A stretch of 62,516 bases of DNA, counting the filler, from Globobulimina sp. (taxonomy: Eukaryota): NCBI GenBank assembly GCA_003354225.1. It is 27 parts of 27 records of this genome, joined end to end, with 100 filler letters (N's around TTAATTAATTAA, not from the genome) between each part and the next. Parts side by side here need not be neighbours in the genome. Positions count along the whole stretch, not along the records: positions 60,299 to 62,516 come from PIVH01008124.1; 26 more parts are not named here. The stretch is one strand, 5' to 3'. Shown here one piece after another: positions 62,231 to 62,516 of the stretch (position 1 is its first letter; every line of letters begins with the position of its first letter). The position numbers were made by a program, and so were the translations under genes. The notes beneath the pieces are model-generated. The model made no database searches and was not told the DNA's origin. It saw only the letters and a list, made by a program, of their open reading frames with translations.

Positions 62231-62516
62231 CTATGTCTGATGTATTGATTGTGCTTTTTACTACAAATGGGTAACCATGCACGCGTTACGACTTATGACT
62301 TGTGTGTAGCTTAAGTTTTCAAACAAAAACAAATAATATTCTAGCATTGAATGTTTGACAGTTATTTGGTGAAATAAATCTCGAAATAAATATCACCATC
62401 GAATGCAGCACCCTCTGATTAGTATAAAACAAATTTTTAACATTTTTTTTCAAACCCCGCTAAAAACCCCAAAACAAAACTAAACATTCCTAGTTTCTGA
62501 CCATGGCACTCTTGAC

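Overview
This window is not one locus. It is 27 short contigs (2220, 2219 or 2218 bp, in decreasing length) joined by artificial 100-nt linkers (N44-TTAATTAATTAA-N44), so adjacency means something only within a contig. Most contigs are AT-rich eukaryotic genomic DNA with the standard code, short (about 50-80 nt) GT-AG introns and very tight head-to-head gene pairs. The gene families (Cys-rich repeats, Kelch, F-box/LRR-like, TLDc, ART-like) suggest a foraminiferan/rhizarian protist; this is an inference. Two contigs carry short anaerobic-bacterial segments (a tetraheme cytochrome c3 with sigma70 promoter and SD; a DUF362/4Fe-4S fragment) fused to eukaryotic DNA, probably amplification or assembly chimeras from associated bacteria. 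The most interesting observation is a divergent dihydroxyacetone kinase / triosephosphate isomerase pair, 44 bp apart. The two unrelated enzymes share a homologous 21-aa N-terminal leader, and the TPI has an altered active-site motif. Other leads: a tandem ART-like protein with an H-S-E triad, an orphan gene flanked by the same minisatellite on both sides, an Asp/Tyr-rich secreted protein, and a WH1-CRIB-RhoGAP fusion. All calls are from motif recognition by eye; no searches were run.
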